A DNA stretch of 64,000 bases from an uncultured cyanobacterium (GCA_963740315.1 CAVUDP010000002.1:2592001-2656000), one strand, 5' to 3'. Positions 41,973-52,699 are shown, counted from the stretch's first letter. Translations and numbers: made by a program. The notes: a model not told the origin generated them from the sequence alone.

Positions 41973-42944
41973 TCATGTAATTAATTGCTTTTTGCCCTCC
42001 AATAGCAATTTGACTTGATAAGCCCCAGCTAATTTCCGCTTGATTCGCGTATCGTAGATAGAAACGACTTTCCTACACATGAACTCACAATAGCGATCGC
42101 CAATTCGTGCAAGTTTGATTTGAACCTTATCCTCATTGTTGAAAATATTTACTTGCCGGGATGGCAAATTGGTTAGTAAAACAGCAGGTTTATTGTAGAA
42201 AGCTTTTTTATCCCTGGTTTTCACTTGTTTTTGTAAAACAACTTCAGGCAATATCAATTTACAAGCTTCTACAACCCATAACCATATTTTCTTTTTTTTG
42301 ATTCTCCCTATTGCGAAAATCATCATCAAAATGATGCAAGCCTTTAAGACTAAATAAGAAAGTGCCTTTAACTGACACCTTGCACTATTCTCGATCGGAC
42401 TCAAGAAACCCGGTTTATTTTCGTAAAAACTTGATTTTATGGTTGTACGATCGCTTTGAAATCGGTAATAGGATAGAGGTGCAAGAGCTAAATTCAGTGG
42501 TTTGCACAATAAAAAAGGCAATAATACACGTAAAAAACCCGTGTTTTCAACTGCTGCCCTAAATAGTCGTAAGGTACTACTACCTAATTTTTTATTTGGC
42601 GTATTTAGAAAAGCCTCTATTAGTGAGGCGAAACTCACTCTCCAGATTGTTTTCTGGGGAGCTAAATGTTCGTCGGGATGCAAACTATGCTGGTTCATCC
42701 CTAAAATGCCTGACGAGCATAAAATTTTGACTGCATTTAACCTGATGATCCTTTCCATTAATTGAACCTTTGACCAAAAACCCGACTTTCCGATGATAAG
42801 TAAGGGATGGTTGCGACTACCAAAATATACAAATTTCAGTAACTGTAAGTTGGTAAGTTTACTACCATGCTTAATAAATTTACCTATGGTCATTTCATAT
42901 GACTGGTAATAAAAAATCTGCGAAAACAAACTTGGTAGAAGCAA
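41973..42944 (-). CDS. Hypothetical protein; possible highly diverged, DDE-less IS4-family transposase derivative
   Basis: Open 323-codon frame with collinear patches resembling cyanobacterial IS4 transposases as recalled (KLGSS, KKKIWLW..E...IL, RIKRK....Y). In-frame ATG at 42893. Confidence 0.4.
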   Translation of the reverse strand: MLLPSLFSQIFYYQSYEMTIGKFIKHGSKLTNLQLLKFVYFGSRNHPLLIIGKSGFWSKVQLMERIIRLNAVKILCSSGILGMNQHSLHPDEHLAPQKTIWRVSFASLIEAFLNTPNKKLGSSTLRLFRAAVENTGFLRVLLPFLLCKPLNLALAPLSYYRFQSDRTTIKSSFYENKPGFLSPIENSARCQLKALSYLVLKACIILMMIFAIGRIKKKKIWLWVVEACKLILPEVVLQKQVKTRDKKAFYNKPAVLLTNLPSRQVNIFNNEDKVQIKLARIGDRYCEFMCRKVVSIYDTRIKRKLAGAYQVKLLLEGKKQLIT

Positions 42945-43243
42945 TTTCGCCTTTGAAAATTTCCTAAACTCCTAATTAGATTAACTTTACCCTGATAATA
43001 TTTTGTATAAATAGAAACTATTTTACTTTAGGAGTATTTATGTGAAATTTCTTATTTTTAGTATAGCAAACAAAAATTCTTCATCTTTAATCGTTGATAA
43101 CAACATTAGTACTTATACTATTTTTTGACTCAAATGTCATCTGTCATCTTAATTAGTTTCATTCACTAAATCTACTTAATATTATTATACGAATACTTAA
43201 GTATTGTGCAACTTTAATTTTTGTCCCTTAACTATTAATTAAT

Positions 43244-43260
43244 GAGGGGTTTGACCCCCT
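43244..43260. promoter_or_regulatory. HetR binding site (hetP-type operator)
   Basis: Minus strand AGGGGGTCAAACCCCTC(ATTA) matches the GGG-N5-CCC consensus and 14/17 positions of the recalled Anabaena hetP operator GAGGGGTCTAACCCCTC(ATTA). It lies between hetC and hetP. Confidence 0.8.
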
Positions 43261-43782
43261 ATTGAATTATCGCGTTTACGGTGTAAATATTCATAGCTTT
43301 CAAGTTATTTTACATTCACGATTATATGCAGATAATTAAAAATCAGCGAATATACACAGCATGGTAAATGCAAAAATATAATTATTTCATTGAATTATTG
43401 ATTGTGGAACCTATGGGTTAACTATATGAAGTATTATTAAGCTACAATGCTTGTATATCAGGAGTTTCTGCCGATGACGATATTACAAAATTGTTTAAAA
43501 TTTTGATGAAGTTTATTCTAATTACTCGCAATTTAGCCCAGCAAACAGTTGCGACTAATACCGTTTTTTGGTATTATCTACAAACTTAATTATAAAGTTT
43601 TCATATACCATCATAAAAAGCAGTTGCTTAAAGTGCGATCGCAGTATAAAGTTGCTTTTTTTATTAGGATTTTTTTGCGTAGTTTTCCAAATAAATAAAA
43701 GTTTTTTACATCAAATATGAATAATTTTATTTGCGAAAGATTTGCATTTATTTGAGGATTATAATCATTTAGATTATTGAGA

Positions 43783-46700
43783 TTACATATTCAATTGCTG
43801 TTGTACTAAGCTGGGATAAACTCTACTTTTTCTCATTAAAGCTTCATGAGTGCCTTGGTCAGTTAAAACACCTCGGTCAAAAACTAGAATGGCATCAGCA
43901 TTTTGAATGCTATTAAGACTCGGAGTAACGATAAAAATAGTACGAGTAGATGCAGTATTAACAGAAGCACAATTAAAGCGAGCTAAATTTTGCTGAAACC
44001 GATCGTCGCTAGCTTCATCCAAAATTAAAATACGGGGATTTTTAACCAAAGCCCGAGCAATAGCTATTTTTCGCTGCTGTACTTTCGTAAGCTTTATTCC
44101 TCCTTCTCCTATGATGGTGCTGTAGCCAAAAGGTAATGCCTGGATGAAAGCGTGCGCTCCCGCCAATTTAGCGGCAGTTTCAACCCCACAGAGGTTAAAT
44201 TCTCGATCGTACAAAGTGATATTTTCTAAAATAGTTCCCGAAAACAGGAAAAATTCTTGCGGTACTACACCTAATTGATTGCGTAAAGAATAAGGAGACA
44301 CTTGAGTGGTATCATATCCATCAATCAGAATACGTCCGCTATTCGGATGGTACAAACCAGCAAGTAGCTTAACTAAAGTGCTTTTACCAGAACCGCTTTT
44401 TCCTACAATAGCGATCGTTTGTCCTGGTTTGACGTGAAAGGAAATATTTTGCAGAATATTCTCAGAAGGCGAATCATCATAGCTAAAACTCACATTCTCA
44501 AAATTTATCTCACCGCGAATGGATGGTAGTTCAGTTAAGGGTTTTTGCGATTCTACAGATGGAGTAGCTAAAGCATCGTCGATTTTTTCAACAGAAATCA
44601 GAACCTCAAGAAATTCATCCCACAGCTTTACCAATGCCAACATTGGGTTTATAGTATTGCCGACAAGCATATTAAAAGCGACAAACTCACCTATAGAGAT
44701 TTGAGAATTTATCGCCATCTGGGTGCCGTACCACAACACCACGGTATTACCCAGGTGATGAATCGAATTACTTGCCAACTGCAAACTATTAGTTAACTTT
44801 TGACCTTTTTGGCGCGTCTCGATCGCCTGCTCAAAAAGTTCTTCCCAACGCGACTGCAACGAACTTTGGGCAGCATTCGTTTTGATTGTGGCAACGCCAG
44901 TTATCATTTCAACCATTGCTTTGTTTTGAGCAGCAGAGTCAAAAGAATATTTTCGGCTCAATGTTTTCAAGCCCAGACTTGCACCCGCACTCAAACCCAT
45001 CATTAGTAAAATGAAACCCAGCACCACCAAAGTGAGTTGCCAACTGTAATAAGCCATCAACCCAAAGTAAATAACCGTCATCAACCCATCCAAAATGGTA
45101 CTTATAGCTTGACGAGTAAAAAAGCGGTGAATTTTAGGGTTTTCTTGAATTTGGCAGAGAATGTCTCCCACTCTGCGAGATGCAAAAAAAGATAATGGTA
45201 ATTTCAGGGTATGACTGATGAAATCGCCGATTAAAGTGACATCCAGGCGGTTGGATAAATAGTCTAGAAGATGCTGACGCACTGCCGTTAAAGCAATACG
45301 CCCAAACCCGAATACCAGAAAACCAACAGCGAAAATATTTATAGAATCAAAATTTTTGACAGTTATAACCGCATCTATTACAGTTTGGGCAAGTACGGCT
45401 GGAACTATTCCCAAAAGCGATAATAATAAAGAAATAACCGCAATTTTGCCTAATAACAGCCGATAACTAGCAAAGAAATCATAAAACCGACTAAAAGAAA
45501 CAGTTTTGCTCTCCTTCCTATAGAAAAGCTCTGTTGGAGATAAAAGTAAAGCATATCCTGTAAAATTCGCTGCAAATTCCGAACGAGAAAGCGATCGCTT
45601 ACCTATAGCTGGATCTGAAATAAATACACGTTTATCGTTGAATCGCCACACGACTATATAGTGATTACCCTGATAATGAGCTATCCAAGGTAACGATTGA
45701 GACTCTAATTCACATAATGCTCCTCGTACTGCTAAAGCTTGGAATCCTAAGCTTCGAGCAGCATCGGCTAAATCGTTAAACTCCGCACCTATAGAGTCAA
45801 TGTGTGCGATAGAACGCAGAGTATTCAAACTAAAACGCTTACCCCAGTATCGACTAATCATCGCTAAACTTGCCGCACCGCAATCTGATGAATTTTGCTG
45901 TTGAATAAAAGGGTAAATCCGAAACCACCGTCGAGGTAGATGTTGATTCTCAAATTGTGCATACTCGGTGCGATTATCTTCCTCTAATACTTCCTGCTGT
46001 TCCGACTCAATATAATCTTGCTCCTCTTCATTCACATCTTGCGCCCTTACTTCTTTCCCACTTCTCAACTCCGGTACAATCTCGGCAACTAAATCAAAAT
46101 GTTCTTTCGGTAGATAAAATAACGACAAATCTGTTAGAGATATCAAATCTGGTTGAATCGGATTCGGATATCCCCAACTTTCTCCCACTTTCGGTGGGTG
46201 ATTTTTCAAACTGCTAATTTCGCCACTGACAAGCCAAAAACGCCCCTCCGATAAAGACGCTATCAAAGGTGAACCTGCTTTCACTTGCGTGCCCAGAAAA
46301 TAAGCAAGAATATTTTTGAGAGTGGAAGTATTTTGCGATCGCAATTCTGTACTTGTCTTGAAGAAAATCAACTTTTGACGCGATTTACTAATTTCTGAGA
46401 AATAATCGGACAAAGCAGGATAACGCTGCAACCAAAGATGAAGATGCTGTAAAGAAATTTGTGCTAATATTCCACTACTAGATGCAACCGCTCGATATTC
46501 TTGATATCCCTCGCAGAATGCATCATCCCCTGCAAAAATTTGATTGGGATGAAGCAATTGAATCGACACTTCCTTTTTCAAGAATGCATCAAACGCTAGC
46601 AAGCGGACTTTACCTTGGCAAATCAAGTAAACAACACCACCGCTAACTGCTGAATGCTCGGTGCAATTGTACTGAGTAAGTTCATCGCCTAATTCAAACT

Positions 46701-46857
46701 CACTCACCATCCAAGCTTGGTTAAACTCAGATGGAAAGTTAGTATCCCCAACAACCTGCTTCCAAAGCTGGTAAATAGCTGAACGAGCAGTCAGGGACGG
46801 TATATTACTTGTATCATCGTCCGCTTCCTGAACTCCCAAAATTGGGTACGAGTCCAT
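43783..46857 (-). CDS. hetC: HetC peptidase-containing ABC exporter (degenerate NBD motifs)
   Basis: cNMP-like N-terminus, C39 QQNSSDCG/HYQGNHY/DPA, TMD and Walker A GKSGSGKS; upstream of hetP and the HetR box. Confidence 0.85.
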   Translation of the reverse strand: MDSYPILGVQEADDDTSNIPSLTARSAIYQLWKQVVGDTNFPSEFNQAWMVSEFELGDELTQYNCTEHSAVSGGVVYLICQGKVRLLAFDAFLKKEVSIQLLHPNQIFAGDDAFCEGYQEYRAVASSSGILAQISLQHLHLWLQRYPALSDYFSEISKSRQKLIFFKTSTELRSQNTSTLKNILAYFLGTQVKAGSPLIASLSEGRFWLVSGEISSLKNHPPKVGESWGYPNPIQPDLISLTDLSLFYLPKEHFDLVAEIVPELRSGKEVRAQDVNEEEQDYIESEQQEVLEEDNRTEYAQFENQHLPRRWFRIYPFIQQQNSSDCGAASLAMISRYWGKRFSLNTLRSIAHIDSIGAEFNDLADAARSLGFQALAVRGALCELESQSLPWIAHYQGNHYIVVWRFNDKRVFISDPAIGKRSLSRSEFAANFTGYALLLSPTELFYRKESKTVSFSRFYDFFASYRLLLGKIAVISLLLSLLGIVPAVLAQTVIDAVITVKNFDSINIFAVGFLVFGFGRIALTAVRQHLLDYLSNRLDVTLIGDFISHTLKLPLSFFASRRVGDILCQIQENPKIHRFFTRQAISTILDGLMTVIYFGLMAYYSWQLTLVVLGFILLMMGLSAGASLGLKTLSRKYSFDSAAQNKAMVEMITGVATIKTNAAQSSLQSRWEELFEQAIETRQKGQKLTNSLQLASNSIHHLGNTVVLWYGTQMAINSQISIGEFVAFNMLVGNTINPMLALVKLWDEFLEVLISVEKIDDALATPSVESQKPLTELPSIRGEINFENVSFSYDDSPSENILQNISFHVKPGQTIAIVGKSGSGKSTLVKLLAGLYHPNSGRILIDGYDTTQVSPYSLRNQLGVVPQEFFLFSGTILENITLYDREFNLCGVETAAKLAGAHAFIQALPFGYSTIIGEGGIKLTKVQQRKIAIARALVKNPRILILDEASDDRFQQNLARFNCASVNTASTRTIFIVTPSLNSIQNADAILVFDRGVLTDQGTHEALMRKSRVYPSLVQQQLNM

Positions 46858-47231
46858 TGTTTAATCTCTGAGTAAGGTAATTTTATTAACTCTAGTTAAA
46901 ACTTGTAGCGGTAGTTTAAAAGAAGCCTTAAACGCTTTCAATTAATGGTTTTATTAAATTAACAACCACTTAATTAGCTCTTTGCACCCGTATTAATAAC
47001 TACTAGCTATTCCTTCATTTTTGTTTTATCAACTTTAAGTAGCTTTTCGTACAGCGATTCAAAATAAAACATTTTGTTAGCCAAACCCAATTTTATACTC
47101 TATCATGAGCATCAATTACTATCAAATACATTCTTATTTAATTTGTGCCCCTACCGCCCATAAACATCTTATACTTTATCGAAGTTTTACTTCCACTTTA
47201 ATTGCGTTCATTTTTTTAAATAAAGTAATTA

Positions 47232-47247
47232 TGTATTTTTAGGTACA
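47232..47247. promoter_or_regulatory. NtcA-type site upstream of hetC
   Basis: TGTATTTTTAGGTACA (GTA-N8-TAC), about 375 bp upstream of hetC, which is a known NtcA target in Anabaena. Confidence 0.55.
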
Positions 47248-47538
47248 AACACTAATTAGTAAATAATTTACAATCAGATACTTTTAGCATCAAAACTCTT
47301 CATCAAAACACCTTAATGATTAGTTTTTTAAAAAAATCTGGATTAAAATCGGATTTTTCGCGATCGAATTTGTTCGTTGCGAACATATAAGCTCAGTTAT
47401 TAGCTGTGATTATCACTAAAGCTAATATCATTTGCTTTTTAAAAATCAAGAATTTATTTTTTTTAGAGTCAGAAAAAGGATAGAGGATAGAGGTGAAAGG
47501 TCAAAGGTTAAACAATTCAATACTCCCCATCCCCCCCC

Positions 47539-47643
47539 CGCTCGCCGCACGCTCCGCGTGTTCAGCGCGGCACGACTCGTTAGAGTAACGGGTTGCGCCA
47601 CTTCTCTCAACGGTCGTGTTCCTCCGCACGTTTTGGGCTTACC
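47539..47643 (-). repeat. Composite small dispersed repeat, copy B (105 bp)
   Basis: Exact reverse complement of 4141-4245. Confidence 0.9.
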
Positions 47644-47710
47644 ATCTCCCCATCCCCCCATCCCCCCATCCCCCCATCCCCCCATCCCCTTGTCCCCTTG
47701 TCCCAAATAC

Positions 47711-50149
47711 TTAATCGAGCATCAAATAAATTCCCCAAATAGCCATAGCTCGTAGATAAACGCAGGCGCGGAATGTTCCTACGGCGGTAATTGCTTCGGG
47801 GGTACGGAACTGCAACCCATTGTCATAAATTTGATTTACTACAGCTTCTGTTAATTTAAATGCTTCTGACTTCATTCCCATCTGCACTAAAAAAGCGGCA
47901 ATTCCAAAGTTGATCCCCGTCCAAACTTCTAAGGGATGAGTTGCCGTAGGATTTTCGGGGGAACCATCAGCACGTAAACCGTTGGCAGCACCAAGTTTAC
48001 CGTCGTTGAATTTGAGAAAGCAAGCATCGTAAACGGTATTTAAAGCTGAAAGAGTACATTCGCTGGGTACAATATCTGGTAGCTGCAATAAGCGAGCGTA
48101 AAATTGCCCGCATAATTGATCCGCCATCACGACATCGGAACCGCTTTCACTATCAAGACGATAAAATTTACCATTCCAAAGCTTTTCTTGATAAACGGGA
48201 CGAGATTTTTCTAACCAAGCTTCGTAAATGGATTTTTGCGACGCTAAATTATCGATTTGTACTTCCCTACTTAATAAAACTTCACCGATCGCGATCGCTG
48301 CTTCTAATGCTGCCAACCATAACCCACCACAGTAAGCACTTACACCCAGCAACCGCCAATCATCAAAAGTTTGGTCGGGCGCACCGGAATTTTCTGGAAT
48401 ACCATCTCCATCTTTATCAAAAGCTTTGAGATAATCTAAAGTTTCAACAATCGCATTCCAACAATCTGCCAGAAAATCAGTATCAGTGCTACCTGTGAAG
48501 ATAAAATCTCGATATACCTGCAACACAAAATCACAACCCAAATCTTTCCACTGGTTGCAATCTTGATAGCTGGTGTAATTTGTCTTTTCCCAAACGTGTT
48601 CGTTGGGTGCGCCTAAATCGTGAGGCGTTGCACCGGCGGCTTTACGAACAGCTAAAGGACTTTCTGAGTTTATAGTGTAGTAGTAGCCAATGACACGAGT
48701 ATTTTCATCGCGATCGGGAATTGCTCTAGCAAAAGCGCGAATTACAGCTTTCTCTAGTTCGGGAAACAGCATTAGTAAGCCGAAAGAACCATAAAGCCGC
48801 ACATCCAAACTTTCATACCAGCGATAGTCCAAGCATTCAAGTACGGCAAATTGACCTACCGGATCGCGAAGTGATGCCGCACTCCATAAAGTACCGCCAG
48901 CAGTCAGATCGTAAAGTTCGTTAAACAAAGCCATTTTGAACCAGTCGGGCAAATCTTGGCGTTGAATAATTGGTTGTTGCCAAGCTTGAATTTGAGAAAG
49001 CCAATTTTGATATTCGGACAGAGCAGTGGTAGCAATATTCCAAGCATTCTTTCCGTTTACGCCAAAGAAATCAGTATATCTGCGGTTATATGTAATTCCA
49101 GATGCAAATTCTGTTACAGGAAAATCCCATGCTACAATAAAGGGAATTTCTAGGGCTTCTCCGGGTTGAAGAGTGAAACGCACGGCGATCGCAGCGGCTA
49201 TCTGTTCGTTTTGACTTGCCGGATTTTCATTACTAATATTATTCAAAGAACCATTTTGAGCAAAGCTTTGCCAAACATCTTCACCAGTACCGCTTGGATT
49301 CCATCGATTGTGGTAAAATATTTCAAATTTTGGATTTTTCGCAGTCGCAATACACCAAGTGCCTTCTCCCTCATCTGGTTCGGCAATACCAACTTTATCT
49401 AATACACAACCAATGTATTCGGAATTTTCAATTAATCGGTTAAAATTATCTTTACTTTTATTTAAGTTGGGTTGATAATCATAAACCGGACTACCATCAT
49501 CTCGCATTTCCACTTCAGGAGACTTTACGGTATTAGTAAACCACCCCACCATATTCTGCCAAGTCAGCATGATACTTAGAGTAATTGGCACATCTGTGGG
49601 ATTATTGGCATTCCAAACAAACATCGCCACCGGATAGCTAGATTCTCGGTAATTATCAGCCCAAATTGGTGAGAATTGCTCGCAAGTTAACTGCGCTTGA
49701 AATACATTTTCATATACAAACCAACTGCGGGGATATAAAGCATGGTAAGTTCCGGTAGAATCAGCCGCGGATTTAGATTGAGGATAAAAATTCCACGCAG
49801 TCATACCATCACTATTTGCTTCGGTAAATAATGCATAAGCAACATTTTTATTATTGCTACTTTTGCTACTTTCAAAAACGCTAAACTGACAGCCGGGGAT
49901 ATTTCCGAAAGTATGTTCCCCACCATCAATATGCCACAGGTTAAAGTCTCCCCGTGAAGAACGACCGATACAGCCAGCACCAAAGCCACCGAGCGGCATT
50001 CCCTGCCAGGGACCATCATCAATATTACTAGCTTTACGAACGGTATAAGGCTTTTCCCAACCCAAACCGATCGCACGACTCCAAGCGCAAGTAGGAATGG
50101 CTTTATAGGACGAATTTTTCATAATGTAATTTTTGCAGCATTCAGTCAC
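47711..50149 (-). CDS. GH116 family glycosyl hydrolase (non-lysosomal glucosylceramidase-like)
   Basis: GMPLGGFGAG, LECLDYRWYESLDV, PHDLG, PDQTFDDW, EVWTG, TPEA, YLRAMAIW. Confidence 0.92.
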   Translation of the reverse strand: MTECCKNYIMKNSSYKAIPTCAWSRAIGLGWEKPYTVRKASNIDDGPWQGMPLGGFGAGCIGRSSRGDFNLWHIDGGEHTFGNIPGCQFSVFESSKSSNNKNVAYALFTEANSDGMTAWNFYPQSKSAADSTGTYHALYPRSWFVYENVFQAQLTCEQFSPIWADNYRESSYPVAMFVWNANNPTDVPITLSIMLTWQNMVGWFTNTVKSPEVEMRDDGSPVYDYQPNLNKSKDNFNRLIENSEYIGCVLDKVGIAEPDEGEGTWCIATAKNPKFEIFYHNRWNPSGTGEDVWQSFAQNGSLNNISNENPASQNEQIAAAIAVRFTLQPGEALEIPFIVAWDFPVTEFASGITYNRRYTDFFGVNGKNAWNIATTALSEYQNWLSQIQAWQQPIIQRQDLPDWFKMALFNELYDLTAGGTLWSAASLRDPVGQFAVLECLDYRWYESLDVRLYGSFGLLMLFPELEKAVIRAFARAIPDRDENTRVIGYYYTINSESPLAVRKAAGATPHDLGAPNEHVWEKTNYTSYQDCNQWKDLGCDFVLQVYRDFIFTGSTDTDFLADCWNAIVETLDYLKAFDKDGDGIPENSGAPDQTFDDWRLLGVSAYCGGLWLAALEAAIAIGEVLLSREVQIDNLASQKSIYEAWLEKSRPVYQEKLWNGKFYRLDSESGSDVVMADQLCGQFYARLLQLPDIVPSECTLSALNTVYDACFLKFNDGKLGAANGLRADGSPENPTATHPLEVWTGINFGIAAFLVQMGMKSEAFKLTEAVVNQIYDNGLQFRTPEAITAVGTFRACVYLRAMAIWGIYLMLD

Positions 50150-50258
50150 GACAATGAAGTATGCCGTGATGTGTAATTTTTCTCAAGCCCCAGTTCGTAC
50201 TAATGGGGATGGGGAGATGGGGGGATGGGGGGATGGGGGGATGGGGGGATGGGGAGAT

Positions 50259-50419
50259 GGTAAGCCCAAAACGTGCGCGGTGAGAGCAGTCGCGTGCGGG
50301 GGTTCCCCCCGTTGAGCGAACTGCCGAACCCGAAGGGGTTCCCCGCGTTGAGAGAAGTGGCGCAACCCGTTACTCTAACGAGTCGTGCCGCGCTGAACAC
50401 GCGGAGCGTGCGGCGAGCG
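50259..50419 (+). repeat. Composite small dispersed repeat, copy C (161 bp)
   Basis: Copy-A backbone with the left module expanded by 56 nt (GCGGTGAGAGCAGTCGC...GAACCCGAAGG). Confidence 0.9.
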
Positions 50420-51132
50420 GGGGTTCGGGGGAGACAAGGGGAATTTGAACTATTAACTCCGGTGGTTCTAACTCCTAACTCCTAACTCGGGCGATCCTAA
50501 TTCTCAATCCAAAATCCAAAATCGGAAAAAGTGCGTTCCAACCTTGAAATGCGTTAAAATTAAATACCATATACCCAAACCGAACCAATCCATGCCATAT
50601 ATCTGGTGATTCGACTCCTTGAATATAGTCCGGATGATAAACGGTATATATTCTTGGTAATGGAATATAAATTAAAAATAGTTTGGTAATTTAAATGTAG
50701 AGGCTTAACATTATATTGTGTCTGTACTAATAGTAGTTAGTAAACTTGAAAATAAGCAAAAATTATACTTAGTCCATACAACGTTTTAAGAAGGGAGGGG
50801 AATAGAAGTGGATATACACGGGCAGCCCCCACCACTGGCGGTCAGTTAAAGTAAGAGCTATTCTAGGGAAGTACTTATAAATTGCGTCCCGCAAGAATTT
50901 ATAAAATCTCTACTTTACCAAAGTCAGTCCACGTCTAGGTAGGACAAAGACTAGGAATTGCCGTCTTCAATTATTTTTTATCCCACCATTTACTGTGGGA
51001 GTATTAAAAAAATACAGGTTAAGCTAGAGGAGAGAGCGATCGCATACTTTGCCTACCCTAGTCTGGGCAAGGTGCAATACTCCCATTCCTCAAATCCCCG
51101 AATTGTCTCTAGGAAAGCATTGTCCTTACTCC

Positions 51133-52434
51133 ATGCTGCGAATTATTAATCAGCAGGCAGACGTTATAGCAGAATTGCAACGTATCTGCGATCGCACTAA
51201 TGACGAACAGGTGCTTCACAAAGAAGCAACGGTGCGAGAAGTACTACAAGCGGTGAAGCGCCAAGGTGATAAAGCAGTATTACATTACACTGCCGAATTT
51301 GACGATCAAATCCTTAAGCCTGAAGATTTACGAGTAACTGAATCGGAATTCGATGCAGCTTACAAAAATATATCGAAGGATTTGTTAGAAGCGATTAAGC
51401 TGGCTTGCTCGAACATAGAAGCATTTCATCGACAGCGAGTTCCTAAAAGCTGGGTAAACTTTGGTGACGATGAAGTGGTGTTGGGCAAAAGATATACTCC
51501 TGTAGATACTGCGGGATTATACGTACCAGGTGGTCGGGCTTCATACCCAAGTACCGTATTGATGAACGCCATTCCAGCCAGAGTGGCAGGAGTCCCGCGT
51601 CGGGTTATGGTGACACCACCAGGAAGTGAAAAAGGAATAAGTCCAGCAGTATTAGTGGCAGCACGAGAAGCCGGAATCGAAGAAATTTATCGTGTAGGAG
51701 GGGCGCAAGCGATCGCCGCTTTAGCCTACGGAACTCAAACCATTCCCAAAGTTAACGTTATTACAGGTCCTGGAAACATTTACGTTACCTTGGCGAAAAA
51801 GTTAGTTTACGGAACCGTTGGTATTGATTCATTAGCAGGTCCTAGCGAAGTGCTAATTATTGCCGATGAAACGGCAAATCCCTTACACCTGGCTGCGGAC
51901 TTATTAGCGCAGGCAGAACACGATCCAATGGCGGCAGCAATATTGCTAACTACCGACGCTGGTTTGGCGAAGGATGTACAAGTCGCATTAGAAAGACAAT
52001 TAGTAAACCACCCCAGGCGGTTAAATACAGAAAAAGCTATAGCTCATTACGGTTTAGTAGTAATAGTAGAGTCTTTGGAAGTTGCCGCCCAATTCTCTAA
52101 CGAGTTTGCCCCAGAACATTTAGAATTGGAGGTATCGGACCCTTGGAAATTATTACCTTTGATACGTCATGCTGGGGCAATATTTTTAGGTCATTCTACA
52201 CCAGAAGCCGTAGGAGACTACTTAGCCGGTCCAAATCATACTTTACCTACTTCAGGTGCAGCTAGATATGCATCAGCATTAGGAGTAGAAACTTTCTTAA
52301 AACACTCTAGTATTATTCAGTACTCACCAACTGCATTAGATAAAGTCGCCGGTGCGATAGATATATTAGCTACCGCAGAAGGCTTAACATCCCATGCTGA
52401 TTCGGTAAGGCGAAGAGTGCAAAAAAAAGAGTAA
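51133..52434 (+). CDS. hisD: Histidinol dehydrogenase
   Basis: GLYVPGG, GPGN, AGPSE, QAEHD, APEHL, GDYLAGPNHTLPT. The probable start is ATG 51133 (MLRII), not the TTG at 51049. Confidence 0.96.
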   Translation: MLRIINQQADVIAELQRICDRTNDEQVLHKEATVREVLQAVKRQGDKAVLHYTAEFDDQILKPEDLRVTESEFDAAYKNISKDLLEAIKLACSNIEAFHRQRVPKSWVNFGDDEVVLGKRYTPVDTAGLYVPGGRASYPSTVLMNAIPARVAGVPRRVMVTPPGSEKGISPAVLVAAREAGIEEIYRVGGAQAIAALAYGTQTIPKVNVITGPGNIYVTLAKKLVYGTVGIDSLAGPSEVLIIADETANPLHLAADLLAQAEHDPMAAAILLTTDAGLAKDVQVALERQLVNHPRRLNTEKAIAHYGLVVIVESLEVAAQFSNEFAPEHLELEVSDPWKLLPLIRHAGAIFLGHSTPEAVGDYLAGPNHTLPTSGAARYASALGVETFLKHSSIIQYSPTALDKVAGAIDILATAEGLTSHADSVRRRVQKKE

Positions 52435-52699
52435 ATTTTAAAGGGAGTCAAGAGTTAGGAGTTAGAAACTACATACTCCTCATTCCCTCTTGCTCTCTTT
52501 CAAATTTTTAGTTATTTATGCGAATAAATGCTCGCTTATAGTTATTAAAAATAATATTCCTCCCCACTAATAATATTTTGAGACTTACCTATTTAGATAA
52601 GAAGCAAATGGGAAGGAAAAATTAGCTATTAAATTAGCTATTAAATCAAATTAAGTTTTTAAATAATACTGCATCGACTATATTCACTTTTCGCTATTA

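Noticed and set aside
38036..44060. Heterocyst-type excision element joining hetC to the orphan NBD tail
   Set aside because: There is no recombinase gene and no clear direct repeat, and excision would delete hetP.
51049..51132. N-terminal extension of HisD from the TTG at 51049
   Set aside because: HisD-like sequence begins at MLRII (51133); the extension looks non-coding.
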